Origin: an uncultured Finegoldia sp. | Lineage (GTDB): Bacteria > Bacillota > Clostridia > Tissierellales > Peptoniphilaceae | DNA length: 64,000 nucleotides | Assembly (NCBI RefSeq): GCF_900766215.1 | Contig: NZ_CAAFUQ010000095.1 | Span: 8,545-72,544 of the forward strand | Direction of reading: 5' to 3' | Shown: in pieces, positions 47,758-57,328 of the stretch | Layout of the letters: each line of letters opens with the position of its first letter | Numbering within the stretch: position 1 is the first letter of the stretch | Notes under the pieces: model-generated | The model's input: the letters and a program-made list of their open reading frames with translations, nothing else | What the model was told of the DNA's origin: nothing | Database searches by the model: none | Position numbers and translations under genes: made by a program

Positions 47758-48141
47758 ATGAAATCAATTTTATCTGTAGTATGGAAATACAAAGGTTTTA
47801 CTTTTTTGTTTTTCATATTTGTAGCTATACTAATGATTATAGTGCATTTTTTACATAATAAATTACACAATAAACAAAAAAAATATATATTCACAACTGC
47901 TATTTTTATTTTATCAGCTGTTCTTTTTGTAATGTCGATGTTGTCAATTTTAAATAAATTTGGACTTACATTGTTAATGATGTTTACTTTTACATTTGCA
48001 TCGGCTGTAATTTGCTTAGCGTATTCTTTTATTTTGGATATCGTAAATCCAATTCCTCAGAAGAAAAAAAGCTTAGAATTTCGCAATATAATTGAAAAAT
48101 TTGACAGATTAGTTGAAGAATCTAGGAGTACCAAACAATGA
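47758..48141 (+). CDS. Hypothetical small polytopic membrane protein (127 aa)
   Basis: Three to four hydrophobic helices; RBS AAAGGAGG; overlaps the start of the next gene. Confidence 0.5.
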   Translation: MKSILSVVWKYKGFTFLFFIFVAILMIIVHFLHNKLHNKQKKYIFTTAIFILSAVLFVMSMLSILNKFGLTLLMMFTFTFASAVICLAYSFILDIVNPIPQKKKSLEFRNIIEKFDRLVEESRSTKQ

Positions 48142-48863
48142 AAATAGGCGCTTTTTTTGATATTGATGGAACAATAGCTAGAGATTCACTAATGATTGAG
48201 CATTTCAAAAAATTAGTAAATTTTGAAATAATAGATCAAAAATTATACTACGAAAAAGTTTATCCAGCATACCAAAAATACGAAAAAAGAAAAATCGACT
48301 ATGATGAGTATCTCGATCAATTGGTTGATGTTTATAAGTACAAGCTTAAAGGGTTTAGTAGCGAGTTTAATGAATTTATATCCAATCAAGTAATCAGCCA
48401 AGTTAAAGAGAAAGTTTACAGATATACCCGTGAGATGATAGAATTTCACAAAGAAAATAATCATCTTATATTTTTTATTTCAGGAAGCCCTGACTTTTTG
48501 GTAAAAGAAATGGCTGAGAGTTATGGCGTAACAGAATACAGAGCATCCTTGTATTTGAAAAAATCGGGAATGTACACTGGAGAAGTGGTGCCAATGTGGG
48601 ATAAAAATAGTAAAAAGGCTGTAATCGATGAAATAGTTGAACGTTATGATATGGATGTCGATAATTCATACTGTTACGGTGATACTTCTGGTGATTTTTC
48701 TATGATTAATATGATGGGAAAACCAACAGCGATTAATCCTACAAAAGAGCTATTTGAACTTATCAGAGCAAACGAAAAAATAAATGAAAAAACCAAAATA
48801 ATCATTGAAAGAAAAGATGTAATATACGATTTTCCTAAAAATGGTAAAATTTTAGATATTTAA
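48138..48863 (+). CDS. HAD-superfamily subfamily IB hydrolase (phosphoserine-phosphatase-like)
   Basis: Motif I FFDIDGTI at the N-terminus; motif IV GDTSGD; HAD-IB length. Confidence 0.75.
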   Translation: MKIGAFFDIDGTIARDSLMIEHFKKLVNFEIIDQKLYYEKVYPAYQKYEKRKIDYDEYLDQLVDVYKYKLKGFSSEFNEFISNQVISQVKEKVYRYTREMIEFHKENNHLIFFISGSPDFLVKEMAESYGVTEYRASLYLKKSGMYTGEVVPMWDKNSKKAVIDEIVERYDMDVDNSYCYGDTSGDFSMINMMGKPTAINPTKELFELIRANEKINEKTKIIIERKDVIYDFPKNGKILDI

Positions 48864-48876
48864 GAAGCGTAACAGA

Positions 48877-48907
48877 CTCTCTTCACAGTTGTGAGGAGAG
48901 TTTTTTA
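48877..48907 (+). terminator. Rho-independent terminator after the HAD hydrolase gene; a second hairpin (48916-48949) follows
   Basis: ctctcttcac-agtt-gtgaggagag followed by T6. A second inverted repeat, gaccacaga...tctgtggtc, lies between this point and the sortase 3' end. Confidence 0.65.
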
Positions 48908-48961
48908 TATGCAAAGACCACAGAAGAATTTTGAAGTTCATCTGTGGTCTAAATTTTTGTT

Positions 48962-49639
48962 CTAATTTTGTTTGAAATAATTTTTGTCGTATTTAAAAGA
49001 TCTAACAAGTTTTCCTATTTGGAATACTCTGTTATTAGGATCATTTGGCATATCACATGTCATCAAAGAAAGAATAGGTTTATTATCATAATTTTCAATT
49101 CTATCGTCTTCTAACATGTAAAACGCATACGAGTCAGTAACTTTTCTATCTACGATTTCATATTCGTAGATGTTCTTCTTATCTGTAATGTAAACTTTGG
49201 TACCTTTAGTTAAATCATACACTTTACTAAACAAAGAGCCATTTCTTTTCATGTAGTGACCTGTTAGTGTGTAATTTTTTTCTCCCATTTTTTGATTTTC
49301 TTTCATTGTGGCTGCACCACTTAATAAGTGTTCATCAGTTACTCCACGATGAATAGGTAAACTCAAATTATAATCAGGGATAATAATTTGTCCAATAACA
49401 TTTTCTCCGCTTATAGCTGTAAAATTAAACAACGATGTAGTTGTGCTAATGGAGTTTACAGCGTCAAAGTCGTTTTTGAATTCCTTTTTGTTGTTTTGTT
49501 CCATTTCTGTGGATGATATATCTTTACTTATATCATTTTCACTATAATAGGTAGGTATTAATCTGGCTGCGAAATATAAAGCAAATAGCAGAATACCTAT
49601 CGTCATTAAAAAAATTCCAAATTTCTTTCTCATATTCAT
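48962..49639 (-). CDS. Sortase-family transpeptidase
   Basis: N-terminal signal-anchor, catalytic His region, and the TLxTC-type motif LSLMTC with a downstream Arg. Confidence 0.75.
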   Translation of the reverse strand: MNMRKKFGIFLMTIGILLFALYFAARLIPTYYSENDISKDISSTEMEQNNKKEFKNDFDAVNSISTTTSLFNFTAISGENVIGQIIIPDYNLSLPIHRGVTDEHLLSGAATMKENQKMGEKNYTLTGHYMKRNGSLFSKVYDLTKGTKVYITDKKNIYEYEIVDRKVTDSYAFYMLEDDRIENYDNKPILSLMTCDMPNDPNNRVFQIGKLVRSFKYDKNYFKQN

Positions 49640-49767
49640 CCTCTTTAATTTTTATTACGTAGAGTATTTTAACATATATTTAAATTTTAGTAAATATCAA
49701 TAAGAACGTATATTCAGAACGTATAAAAACATTGAAAGCATCATATATAAAAGATATTATTAATGTA

Positions 49768-49796
49768 GTGGAATGAAAGTGGAACAAAGTGGAGGG
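49768..49796 (+). promoter_or_regulatory. MraZ operator: three direct GTGG repeats at roughly 10-11 bp spacing in the mraZ leader
   Basis: GTGGaatgaaaGTGGaacaaaGTGGaggg with repeat starts at 49768, 49779 and 49789. The third repeat overlaps the GGAGGG RBS of mraZ. Confidence 0.6.
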
Positions 49797-49800
49797 AAAA

Positions 49801-50232
49801 ATGTTTATTAATGAATATTTTCATAGTATTGACTCAAAAGGTCGCGTTATTATGCCCTCAAAGTTTAGGGATGAAATAGGAGAAGAATTCTACATTACAA
49901 AAGGTATGGATGAATGTCTTTTCGTATATCCTGTATCTGCTTTTATCCAAATGACTGAAAAGCTTAATAAATTGTCATTAACTAGAAGACAAGCAAGAGC
50001 GTTTTCAAGGGTGTTTTTTGCTGGTGCTAGTAACCAGGAAATTGATAAACAAGGAAGGTTTTTGATTCCGCAATCCTTGAGAAACTATGCAGATATCAAA
50101 AAAGAAGTTGCCATTATTGGAGTATCCAATCGTATCGAAATATGGGATAAGGAAAAATGGGAACAATACTCTAATGATTCTTCATTAAACTATGACGATT
50201 TAGCTGATGATTTAAATGATCTTGATTTGTAG
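49801..50232 (+). CDS. mraZ: Transcriptional regulator MraZ
   Basis: MFINEYFHSIDSKGRV... gives two SpoVT/AbrB-like MraZ repeats. ATG 49801 is preferred over the listed GTG 49789. Confidence 0.9.
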   Translation: MFINEYFHSIDSKGRVIMPSKFRDEIGEEFYITKGMDECLFVYPVSAFIQMTEKLNKLSLTRRQARAFSRVFFAGASNQEIDKQGRFLIPQSLRNYADIKKEVAIIGVSNRIEIWDKEKWEQYSNDSSLNYDDLADDLNDLDL

Positions 50233-50239
50233 GTGAATT

Positions 50240-51178
50240 ATGGAATTCAAACATGTGCCAATTTTATTAAATGAATGCATCGAAAATTTGAATATTAGAG
50301 ACGGTAAAATTTATGTGGATTGCACTGTTGGAGGCGCTGGACATTCCAGAGAAATTGCAAAAAGAATTGGGAACGGAAAGCTAATTTGCTTTGACCAAGA
50401 TGAAGACGCATTAACAGTGGCGAAAGAACGCTTAAAAGAACATGGAGATAAGGTTATCTTTATAAAGGATAATTTTAAAAATATAAAAAGTGATTTACAA
50501 AATATAGGAATTGGAAAAGTTGATGGAATATTAATGGATATAGGTGTTAGTTCTTATCAAATCGATGTAGATAGTAGAGGATTTTCTTATATGCACGATG
50601 CTGTTTTGGATATGAGAATGGATCAATCTAATCCGATTAGTGCCAAGGATATTGTCAACACGTATTCACAAGAAGATTTGGAAAATATTATTTTCAAATA
50701 TTCAGAAGAAAAATGGGCTAAAAGAATTGCTGAATTTATATGCAATGAAAGAGAAGTCAAACCTATTAATACTACTTTTGAATTAGTAGAAGTCATTGAA
50801 AAAGCGATTCCTAAAAAAGTAAGAATGAATCAAAAAGGCCACAGCGCAAAGAAAACTTTTCAAGCAATTAGAATTGAAGTTAATAAAGAATTAGACGTTT
50901 TAGAACAAGCAGTTGGAGATTGTATAGATTTATTGAATCCTGAAGGTAGAATTTGCATAATAACGTTTCATTCTTTGGAGGATAAAATTTGCAAAGATAT
51001 TTTCAAACAAAGACAAAAAGGTTGTATATGTCCTCCAGAAATTCCAGTATGTGTTTGCAATCATAAGCCTGAAATTAAGATTATTACTAGAAAGCCAATA
51101 GAGCCTTCAACAGAAGAATTAAAACAAAATTCTAGGGCTAGAAGTGCAAAGTTAAGAGTAGCTGAAAAGATTATTTGA
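50240..51178 (+). CDS. rsmH: 16S rRNA (cytosine1402-N4)-methyltransferase RsmH (MraW)
   Basis: SAM-binding DCTVGGAGHS and the MraW family signature. Confidence 0.9.
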   Translation: MEFKHVPILLNECIENLNIRDGKIYVDCTVGGAGHSREIAKRIGNGKLICFDQDEDALTVAKERLKEHGDKVIFIKDNFKNIKSDLQNIGIGKVDGILMDIGVSSYQIDVDSRGFSYMHDAVLDMRMDQSNPISAKDIVNTYSQEDLENIIFKYSEEKWAKRIAEFICNEREVKPINTTFELVEVIEKAIPKKVRMNQKGHSAKKTFQAIRIEVNKELDVLEQAVGDCIDLLNPEGRICIITFHSLEDKICKDIFKQRQKGCICPPEIPVCVCNHKPEIKIITRKPIEPSTEELKQNSRARSAKLRVAEKII

Positions 51179-51213
51179 TAATTATATGATTTGATTAATA
51201 AATGGAGACAAAA

Positions 51214-51603
51214 ATGGGTAATGCACAAAGAAAAATTGAAGTTTTTCCACAGTATGTAGAAAAAAAAGAATTTGAAGTAAAAAAAATTGAACAAACAAAA
51301 AAATTAAATAGACCTAGTAGAAAAACAAATCTTTTTTCTACTTTTAATAAAGTGATGATATGCGTGGTTATTTGTTTATCCATTTTGGTGATGAATCGTT
51401 ATTCTAAGATTCAAAGCATGTCCAGTGAATTAAAAGAAGTAAAAAATCAAGTAATGCTTACAGAAGGCAACCGAGATGTGATAAAATCTAATATAGAAAG
51501 TAAATTAACTAATAAAAATATTGAAGAAATAGCAAAAAATAATTTGGGTATGCAATTTCCTGAAAATGCTCAAATTATGTACTTAAAATTAGAGGAAAAA
51601 TAA
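51214..51603 (+). CDS. ftsL: Cell division protein FtsL-like (bitopic, coiled coil)
   Basis: Small protein with one TM and a coiled-coil region, sitting between rsmH and the PBP gene. ATG 51214 with GGAGA upstream is preferred to the listed 51202. Confidence 0.65.
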   Translation: MGNAQRKIEVFPQYVEKKEFEVKKIEQTKKLNRPSRKTNLFSTFNKVMICVVICLSILVMNRYSKIQSMSSELKEVKNQVMLTEGNRDVIKSNIESKLTNKNIEEIAKNNLGMQFPENAQIMYLKLEEK

Positions 51604-53840
51604 TGAGAAGGCGCAATTTAAGCAAAGAAAAAATCAATAAAAATTTCAATAAAAACTACAATTCTCGTATTGTAGTTTTATTTTGTATACTGACAATTAT
51701 TGTATTGTTAATAGTTGGCAAACTGATTTATTTACAATTGACCCCTGCTGGAGATAAATATCGAAAACTTTCAGCAAAACAAAGTACCAATACTATTAAT
51801 ATTGATGCTGAAAGAGGAAAAATATTAGATACAAATGGTGAGACATTGGCAGATAATGTGGTATCTAATAATTTGTATGTAAATGCTACTTATTTAAACG
51901 ATCAATCGAAATCAAACTTAATTGATTCGTTAGGAAAAACTTTAAGTATGAAACCTGAAGAACTAAGAAAAGTTTTAGATAAAAAGAAAACAGTTCTAGT
52001 TAAACCTTCACTATCAAAAACAGAAATAGAAAACATAAAAAAACTACCTATTAGTAATCAGAAATTTATTAGCATCGTTTCTGAGAAAAAGAGATATTAT
52101 CCAAATAAAGAAATGTTAGCACAAGTTTTAGGATTTACAAATGTAAATAATGATGGTGTTGTCGGACTGGAGAGCTTTTATAATGCTAAATTAAAAGGTA
52201 AACCAGGAAAAAGAATTCTGAACAGTTCAGTTAATCGATCGATTGATTTATCAGATGATAGTTCTGTGATTATTAATCCAGAAAATGGATATGATTTAAA
52301 AACAACTATAGATAGTACTATCCAAGGCTTTGTAGAAGATAGTTTAAAAGACATAGAAAATAATTTTAAACCAAAATCTGCGACGATAATCGTTATGAAC
52401 CCAAATAATGGAGATGTTTTGGGTATGGGATCTTTCCCTAATTTTAATCCCAATGATCCTAAAACTCCGCTTTTAAAAGATCAAATAAATGAATTAAATG
52501 ATTTGAAAAAAGAGAATGATGAAGATAAAATCAGTAAATTTTATTTTAATATGTGGGAAAACAAAGCAACTTCATGGACTTATGAGCCTGGAAGTGTATT
52601 TAAAACTATAACTAGTGCAGCTGCAACTGAAGAACACACCGCAACACAAGAATCACATTATTTCTGTAATGGATTTATTAGAGATATTCCAGGTGTTGTC
52701 ATAAGATGTGAAAGATATTGGAATCCTCATGGTGACGAAACATTCCAAGAAGCTTTTAACAATTCTTGCAATATTGCATATGTAAATATTGGAAGGGATT
52801 TGGGAAAAGCTAATATGCAAAAATACGTAAATGGATTTGGCTTTAATCAAAAAACAGATATTGATTTACCTGCTGAAGAATTGGGAATAGCACCCAAGAA
52901 TGTGAAAGATATCGATGCAGCAAGACTTGCTACTCTTTCTTATGGTCACGGTATTTCAGCAACGCCGATTCAAATGTTAACTGCTTTAAACTCAATAGTG
53001 AACGGTGGAATGTTGATAGAACCGCATGTTGCAAAGGAATTTATTTCAAAGGATACAAAAAAGATAGAAAAAGTTCAGCCAAAAGTAAAAAGACAAATAA
53101 TTTCAGCACAATCCTCAAAGCAAATTAATAAAATGCTGCAGGGAGTTGTAGATGATGGAAGTGGTAAAAAAGCTGCAATTCAAGGATTTGGAATCGGTGG
53201 TAAAACGGGAACAAGTATAAAAATCGAAGACGGCAAATACACTGACAGTAAAACAACTGCATCATTTTTTGGGTCTTTTCCAACAGATCATCCAGAGTAC
53301 ACAGTTCTAATCGTTGTAGATGAGCCTCAAAGAAAAAACGGCGGAAGTGCTGTATGCGCACCTTCTGCAGGAAAGATTTTTTCTAGAATTATCGAATATA
53401 AGAGAATAAATAAAACCAGACTGGATGCTGACGATTCAGATAAGGTTACTGTTCCAGAATTAGAAGGGCTTACATTGAAGTTAGCAGTTGATAAATTAAA
53501 TTCGTTGGGATTAAAGTCTAAGGTTACAAATTCAAATTCGAATTCAAATTCAATTGTAAATTCTCAAGAAACAGCTGCATATTCTAAGGTAAATAAGGGA
53601 GATATAATTGAACTTACGACGGAAAGTGTTGAGGACTCAATGATTAGAATTCCTGAAATAGTAGGATTCACAGTTGAAGATGCTGTAGATACTTTAGAAA
53701 AATACGGTATTAAAAATATCGAAATCAAAAATGGTAAAAAAGGTAAAGTAGTAAAAACTGATCCTGAAGAAAACAAATTGATGGATCCAAAATCTTACAT
53801 TAAAATTTATACTGAACAAGAGAAAAATACTGAAGAATAA
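51603..53840 (+). CDS. Class B penicillin-binding protein (PBP2B/FtsI-type) with C-terminal PASTA domains
   Basis: PBP dimerisation domain, transpeptidase motifs (SxxK within EPGSVFKTIT, SxN, KTGT), then two PASTA-like repeats separated by a Ser/Asn low-complexity linker. Confidence 0.85.
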   Translation: MRRRNLSKEKINKNFNKNYNSRIVVLFCILTIIVLLIVGKLIYLQLTPAGDKYRKLSAKQSTNTINIDAERGKILDTNGETLADNVVSNNLYVNATYLNDQSKSNLIDSLGKTLSMKPEELRKVLDKKKTVLVKPSLSKTEIENIKKLPISNQKFISIVSEKKRYYPNKEMLAQVLGFTNVNNDGVVGLESFYNAKLKGKPGKRILNSSVNRSIDLSDDSSVIINPENGYDLKTTIDSTIQGFVEDSLKDIENNFKPKSATIIVMNPNNGDVLGMGSFPNFNPNDPKTPLLKDQINELNDLKKENDEDKISKFYFNMWENKATSWTYEPGSVFKTITSAAATEEHTATQESHYFCNGFIRDIPGVVIRCERYWNPHGDETFQEAFNNSCNIAYVNIGRDLGKANMQKYVNGFGFNQKTDIDLPAEELGIAPKNVKDIDAARLATLSYGHGISATPIQMLTALNSIVNGGMLIEPHVAKEFISKDTKKIEKVQPKVKRQIISAQSSKQINKMLQGVVDDGSGKKAAIQGFGIGGKTGTSIKIEDGKYTDSKTTASFFGSFPTDHPEYTVLIVVDEPQRKNGGSAVCAPSAGKIFSRIIEYKRINKTRLDADDSDKVTVPELEGLTLKLAVDKLNSLGLKSKVTNSNSNSNSIVNSQETAAYSKVNKGDIIELTTESVEDSMIRIPEIVGFTVEDAVDTLEKYGIKNIEIKNGKKGKVVKTDPEENKLMDPKSYIKIYTEQEKNTEE

Positions 53841-53918
53841 TTTTTTCGTGTGGTATAATAAATACTTATGAGGTATAAAATTGGACATAATTTGTGTTCA
53901 TTATTTAAGGAGATAAAT

Positions 53919-54881
53919 ATGAATTTTAAAAGTGAAATTTTAATGTCGATGTTATTATCAATTGTAATTTCATTGATATTAGGAAAGTTTATAATCAAGA
54001 TTTTAAGACAAAAACATATTGGTCAAGAAATCAGAGATGACGGCCCGAAATCACACTATTCGAAAGCTGGTACACCAACTATGGGAGGTATTATATTTAT
54101 AATATCTACATTGATTACTGTGATTGTATTTAGATTATTTAATAGTGAAGTTTTGTTGGCGATTTATGGAATGCTTGCATTTGGAGCGATAGGTTTTATA
54201 GATGATTTCATGAAGTTAGTAATGAAACGTTCATTGGGATTAAATGAAAAACAAAAACTTGTGTTACAACTTTTGTTTTCCATCATAGCTTGTTTTTTGA
54301 TTAAACAAGTAAATCCGAATTTCACAAAACAAGTTATTCCTTTCTTCCATAAAACAGTAGATTTTGGAATAATAACTTATCCATTTTTGATTTTCGTAAT
54401 GATGGGAACATCTAATGCTACTAATCTTACTGATGGATTAGACGGACTTGCAACTTCTGTATCAATTCCTGTGTTTATTGCTACAAGTATTATTTTATAT
54501 AACTTAAATTCAACAGCTAGTATATTCAGTATTATATTTGCAGGTAGCCTTTTGGGATTTTTGGTGTACAATTCAAATCCAGCCAAAGTTTTTATGGGTG
54601 ATACAGGTTCGATGGCTATAGGTGGCGCTTTGGTTATGATTATGGCTATGTACGGCTTGAGTTTGTACTTAATCATTTTAGGATTTGTGTACATGATTGA
54701 AGTATTATCTGTAATAATTCAAATGACTAGCTACAAATTGAGAAACAAAAAAAGAGTATTTTTGATGAGCCCTATTCATCATCATTATGAATTAAAAGGC
54801 TATAAAGAACAAAAAATAGTATCAACTTTTATGGTTGTATCAGTGATTACAAGTTTAATTACACTAATAGATATATTGTAG
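53919..54881 (+). CDS. mraY: Phospho-N-acetylmuramoyl-pentapeptide transferase
   Basis: MraY motifs (GTPTMGG, NATNLTDGLDGLA, VFMGDTGS); 10 TM helices. ATG 53919 with AAGGAG upstream is preferred to the listed 53868. Confidence 0.9.
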   Translation: MNFKSEILMSMLLSIVISLILGKFIIKILRQKHIGQEIRDDGPKSHYSKAGTPTMGGIIFIISTLITVIVFRLFNSEVLLAIYGMLAFGAIGFIDDFMKLVMKRSLGLNEKQKLVLQLLFSIIACFLIKQVNPNFTKQVIPFFHKTVDFGIITYPFLIFVMMGTSNATNLTDGLDGLATSVSIPVFIATSIILYNLNSTASIFSIIFAGSLLGFLVYNSNPAKVFMGDTGSMAIGGALVMIMAMYGLSLYLIILGFVYMIEVLSVIIQMTSYKLRNKKRVFLMSPIHHHYELKGYKEQKIVSTFMVVSVITSLITLIDIL

Positions 54882-54888
54882 GTGAATT

Positions 54889-56214
54889 ATGGAAAAAATA
54901 TTAGTATTTGGATTAGCTAGAACAGGAATATCAGCTCTAAAAACATTAAAATTAAAAGGATATGATTTGGGAGCTATCGATGATAATATAGACGAAGAAA
55001 AAACAAAAATATTAAATGAATTAGACGTTAAAATAGAGACTATAGATACTATTGATAAATACGATATTATTTTAAAAAGTCCTGGTATTAGAATGGATAA
55101 TCCAGTGATATTAAAGGCGAATGAATTAAATATCGAAGTTGTTAGTGATTTGGAATTGGCACAAAGAATTTTTGAAGATATTAAAATTGTTGCTATTACT
55201 GGAACTAATGGCAAAACAACAACTACATCATTAATGACTAAAATGTTAAATGATTCGGGAAGAAAAGCTATTTCGATAGGGAATATTGGAGTAGGAATGT
55301 TGTGGGAAATCTATAACAACGACAAAGATACTTATTTTGTAATTGAGTGTTCAAGCTTTCAATTGGAAAGTACTAAAAAGTTTAAGCCTCAGTATTCTTG
55401 TATAATTAACATTACTCCTGATCACATAGACTGGCATGGAAGTATGCAAAATTATGTGAATGCTAAGAAGAACATACTAAGAAATCAAGATGAAAAATGC
55501 TATACAGTTTTGAATGTCGATGATGAATACTACGATGATTGTAAAAAATTTACAAATGCTAATGTATATGATATTTCAACATCAACAAAAGTCGATAAAG
55601 GTACATTCATAAAAGATAATTCAATTTATTTTTTAGGCTCAACTTGCGAAAAGATTATAGATTTAAAAGATGTCAAATTAATAGGCTATCATAATTATCA
55701 AAATGTTCTATTTTGCGTTACTTTAGCGAAATTAATAGGCATAACAAATGAAGACATAAAAGATACTTTAATGACATTTGCGGGAGTTGAACACAGACTT
55801 GAATTCGTAAGAGAGTTGTCTGGTGTAAAATACTACAATGATTCTAAAGGAACAAATGTAGATGCAAGTGTTAAAGCGATAGAATCTTTTGATAAGAATG
55901 TTATTATACTAGCTGGAGGATATGACAAGAAAGTAAGTTTGGATAATTTTTTCATAGCTGGTAAGGATAAATTTAAGGCTTTAATATTGATGGGACAAAC
56001 TAGAGATTTGTTTAATCAAAAGGCAAAAGAATTCGAATTTGAAAATATATTTTTAGTAGACAATATGCAACAAGCTGTTAGTCAAGCTAACAAAATAGCT
56101 CAAAGTGGTGATGTAGTATTGCTTTCACCTGCAAGTGCAAGTTGGGGAATGTATAATAACTACGAAGAAAGAGGAAATGAATTTAAAGAATTAGTAAATA
56201 ATTTGCGAGGATAG
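54889..56214 (+). CDS. murD: UDP-N-acetylmuramoylalanine--D-glutamate ligase
   Basis: Mur ligase ATP site GTNGKTTT; MurD N-terminal Rossmann; position in the dcw cluster. Confidence 0.9.
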   Translation: MEKILVFGLARTGISALKTLKLKGYDLGAIDDNIDEEKTKILNELDVKIETIDTIDKYDIILKSPGIRMDNPVILKANELNIEVVSDLELAQRIFEDIKIVAITGTNGKTTTTSLMTKMLNDSGRKAISIGNIGVGMLWEIYNNDKDTYFVIECSSFQLESTKKFKPQYSCIINITPDHIDWHGSMQNYVNAKKNILRNQDEKCYTVLNVDDEYYDDCKKFTNANVYDISTSTKVDKGTFIKDNSIYFLGSTCEKIIDLKDVKLIGYHNYQNVLFCVTLAKLIGITNEDIKDTLMTFAGVEHRLEFVRELSGVKYYNDSKGTNVDASVKAIESFDKNVIILAGGYDKKVSLDNFFIAGKDKFKALILMGQTRDLFNQKAKEFEFENIFLVDNMQQAVSQANKIAQSGDVVLLSPASASWGMYNNYEERGNEFKELVNNLRG

Positions 56215-56218
56215 AAAC

Positions 56219-57328
56219 ATGAAACTTTCAAAAGATGGAAAAGGTGTATTCTATATATCAATTTTCCTGACAATTTTTGGAATAATCATGGTACTTAGTT
56301 CCAGTTGGCCGACAGCAGTCAGTGAACATAGGGCTTGGTACTATTATGGACTACGACAAGGCGTTTTTGCCATTCTTGGGTTTATTGTAATGCTATTTAC
56401 TAGTAAATTTGATAACGAAAATTACAAAAAGAATGCTATTTGGATATTTTTGATAGCTGTTGTGCTTTGTGGGTTAGTATTTACTCCTTTAGGAAAAGAA
56501 ATAAACTACGCAAAACGTTGGATCAAGATAAAATCATTTAGCTTTATGCCATCAGATGTACTTAAATTCGCATCTGTAAATTTGGCGGCAGCTATTGTTT
56601 CTCAAAATATTAATAAGATAAAAACTTTTAAAGAAGGTTTTTTGAGGATGATTGTCTTGGCTGGATTTTCAGGAGGCATTGTATTTTTGCAACCGGATTT
56701 GTCTACAGCAATAGTAATAATTGGAAGTGTTTTTTGCGTTTTCATGGTAAGTGGATTAAATGCAAAATACATTGTTTCTACTTTGATAGCAGCAGTAGTT
56801 TTCGGATATGTGGCTATCTTTAAGGTTAAAATTGGATACAGTAGAATTGATAGGATTATCGCTTTTATAGATCCACTAGGAAACTTAGAAGACGAAGGTT
56901 GGCAATTATCTCAATCATTGGCGGCTGTTTCTAATGGCAGTTTTCTAGGTAGTGGACTTGGCATGAGCAAACAGAAATTTTTGTATTTATCCCAAGCTCA
57001 CAATGACTTTATATTTGCAATTATTTGCGAGGAATTTGGATTTTTGGGAGCTTTAATTCTAATTATAGCTTACTTTGCTTTTCTAGTTTTTGGGATAAGA
57101 ATTGCAATGAAGTCAAAATTAATTTATTCAAGGTTACTTGTTTCTGGGATACTTTTTGTAATAGGAATACAAGCATATGTTAATATGACAGTGGTTACTG
57201 GATTGATTCCTCCAACAGGATTAACTTTACCATTCATATCATATGGTGGTACGTCTTTGATGATTATGTTGGGGTTAGTAGGAATAATACTAAATGTAGA
57301 CAGGAACAATGAAGAGGAGAGAAAATGA
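56219..57328 (+). CDS. ftsW: SEDS-family peptidoglycan glycosyltransferase FtsW
   Basis: FtsW/RodA family with 10 TM helices; dcw cluster context. Confidence 0.85.
   Translation: MKLSKDGKGVFYISIFLTIFGIIMVLSSSWPTAVSEHRAWYYYGLRQGVFAILGFIVMLFTSKFDNENYKKNAIWIFLIAVVLCGLVFTPLGKEINYAKRWIKIKSFSFMPSDVLKFASVNLAAAIVSQNINKIKTFKEGFLRMIVLAGFSGGIVFLQPDLSTAIVIIGSVFCVFMVSGLNAKYIVSTLIAAVVFGYVAIFKVKIGYSRIDRIIAFIDPLGNLEDEGWQLSQSLAAVSNGSFLGSGLGMSKQKFLYLSQAHNDFIFAIICEEFGFLGALILIIAYFAFLVFGIRIAMKSKLIYSRLLVSGILFVIGIQAYVNMTVVTGLIPPTGLTLPFISYGGTSLMIMLGLVGIILNVDRNNEEERK

Noticed and set aside
48916-48949. Second inverted repeat (gaccacaga ... tctgtggtc) as the terminator of the sortase gene
   Set aside because: The loop is large (16 nt) and there is no clear U-tract on the minus strand. 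It is noted in the features only as an ancillary hairpin.
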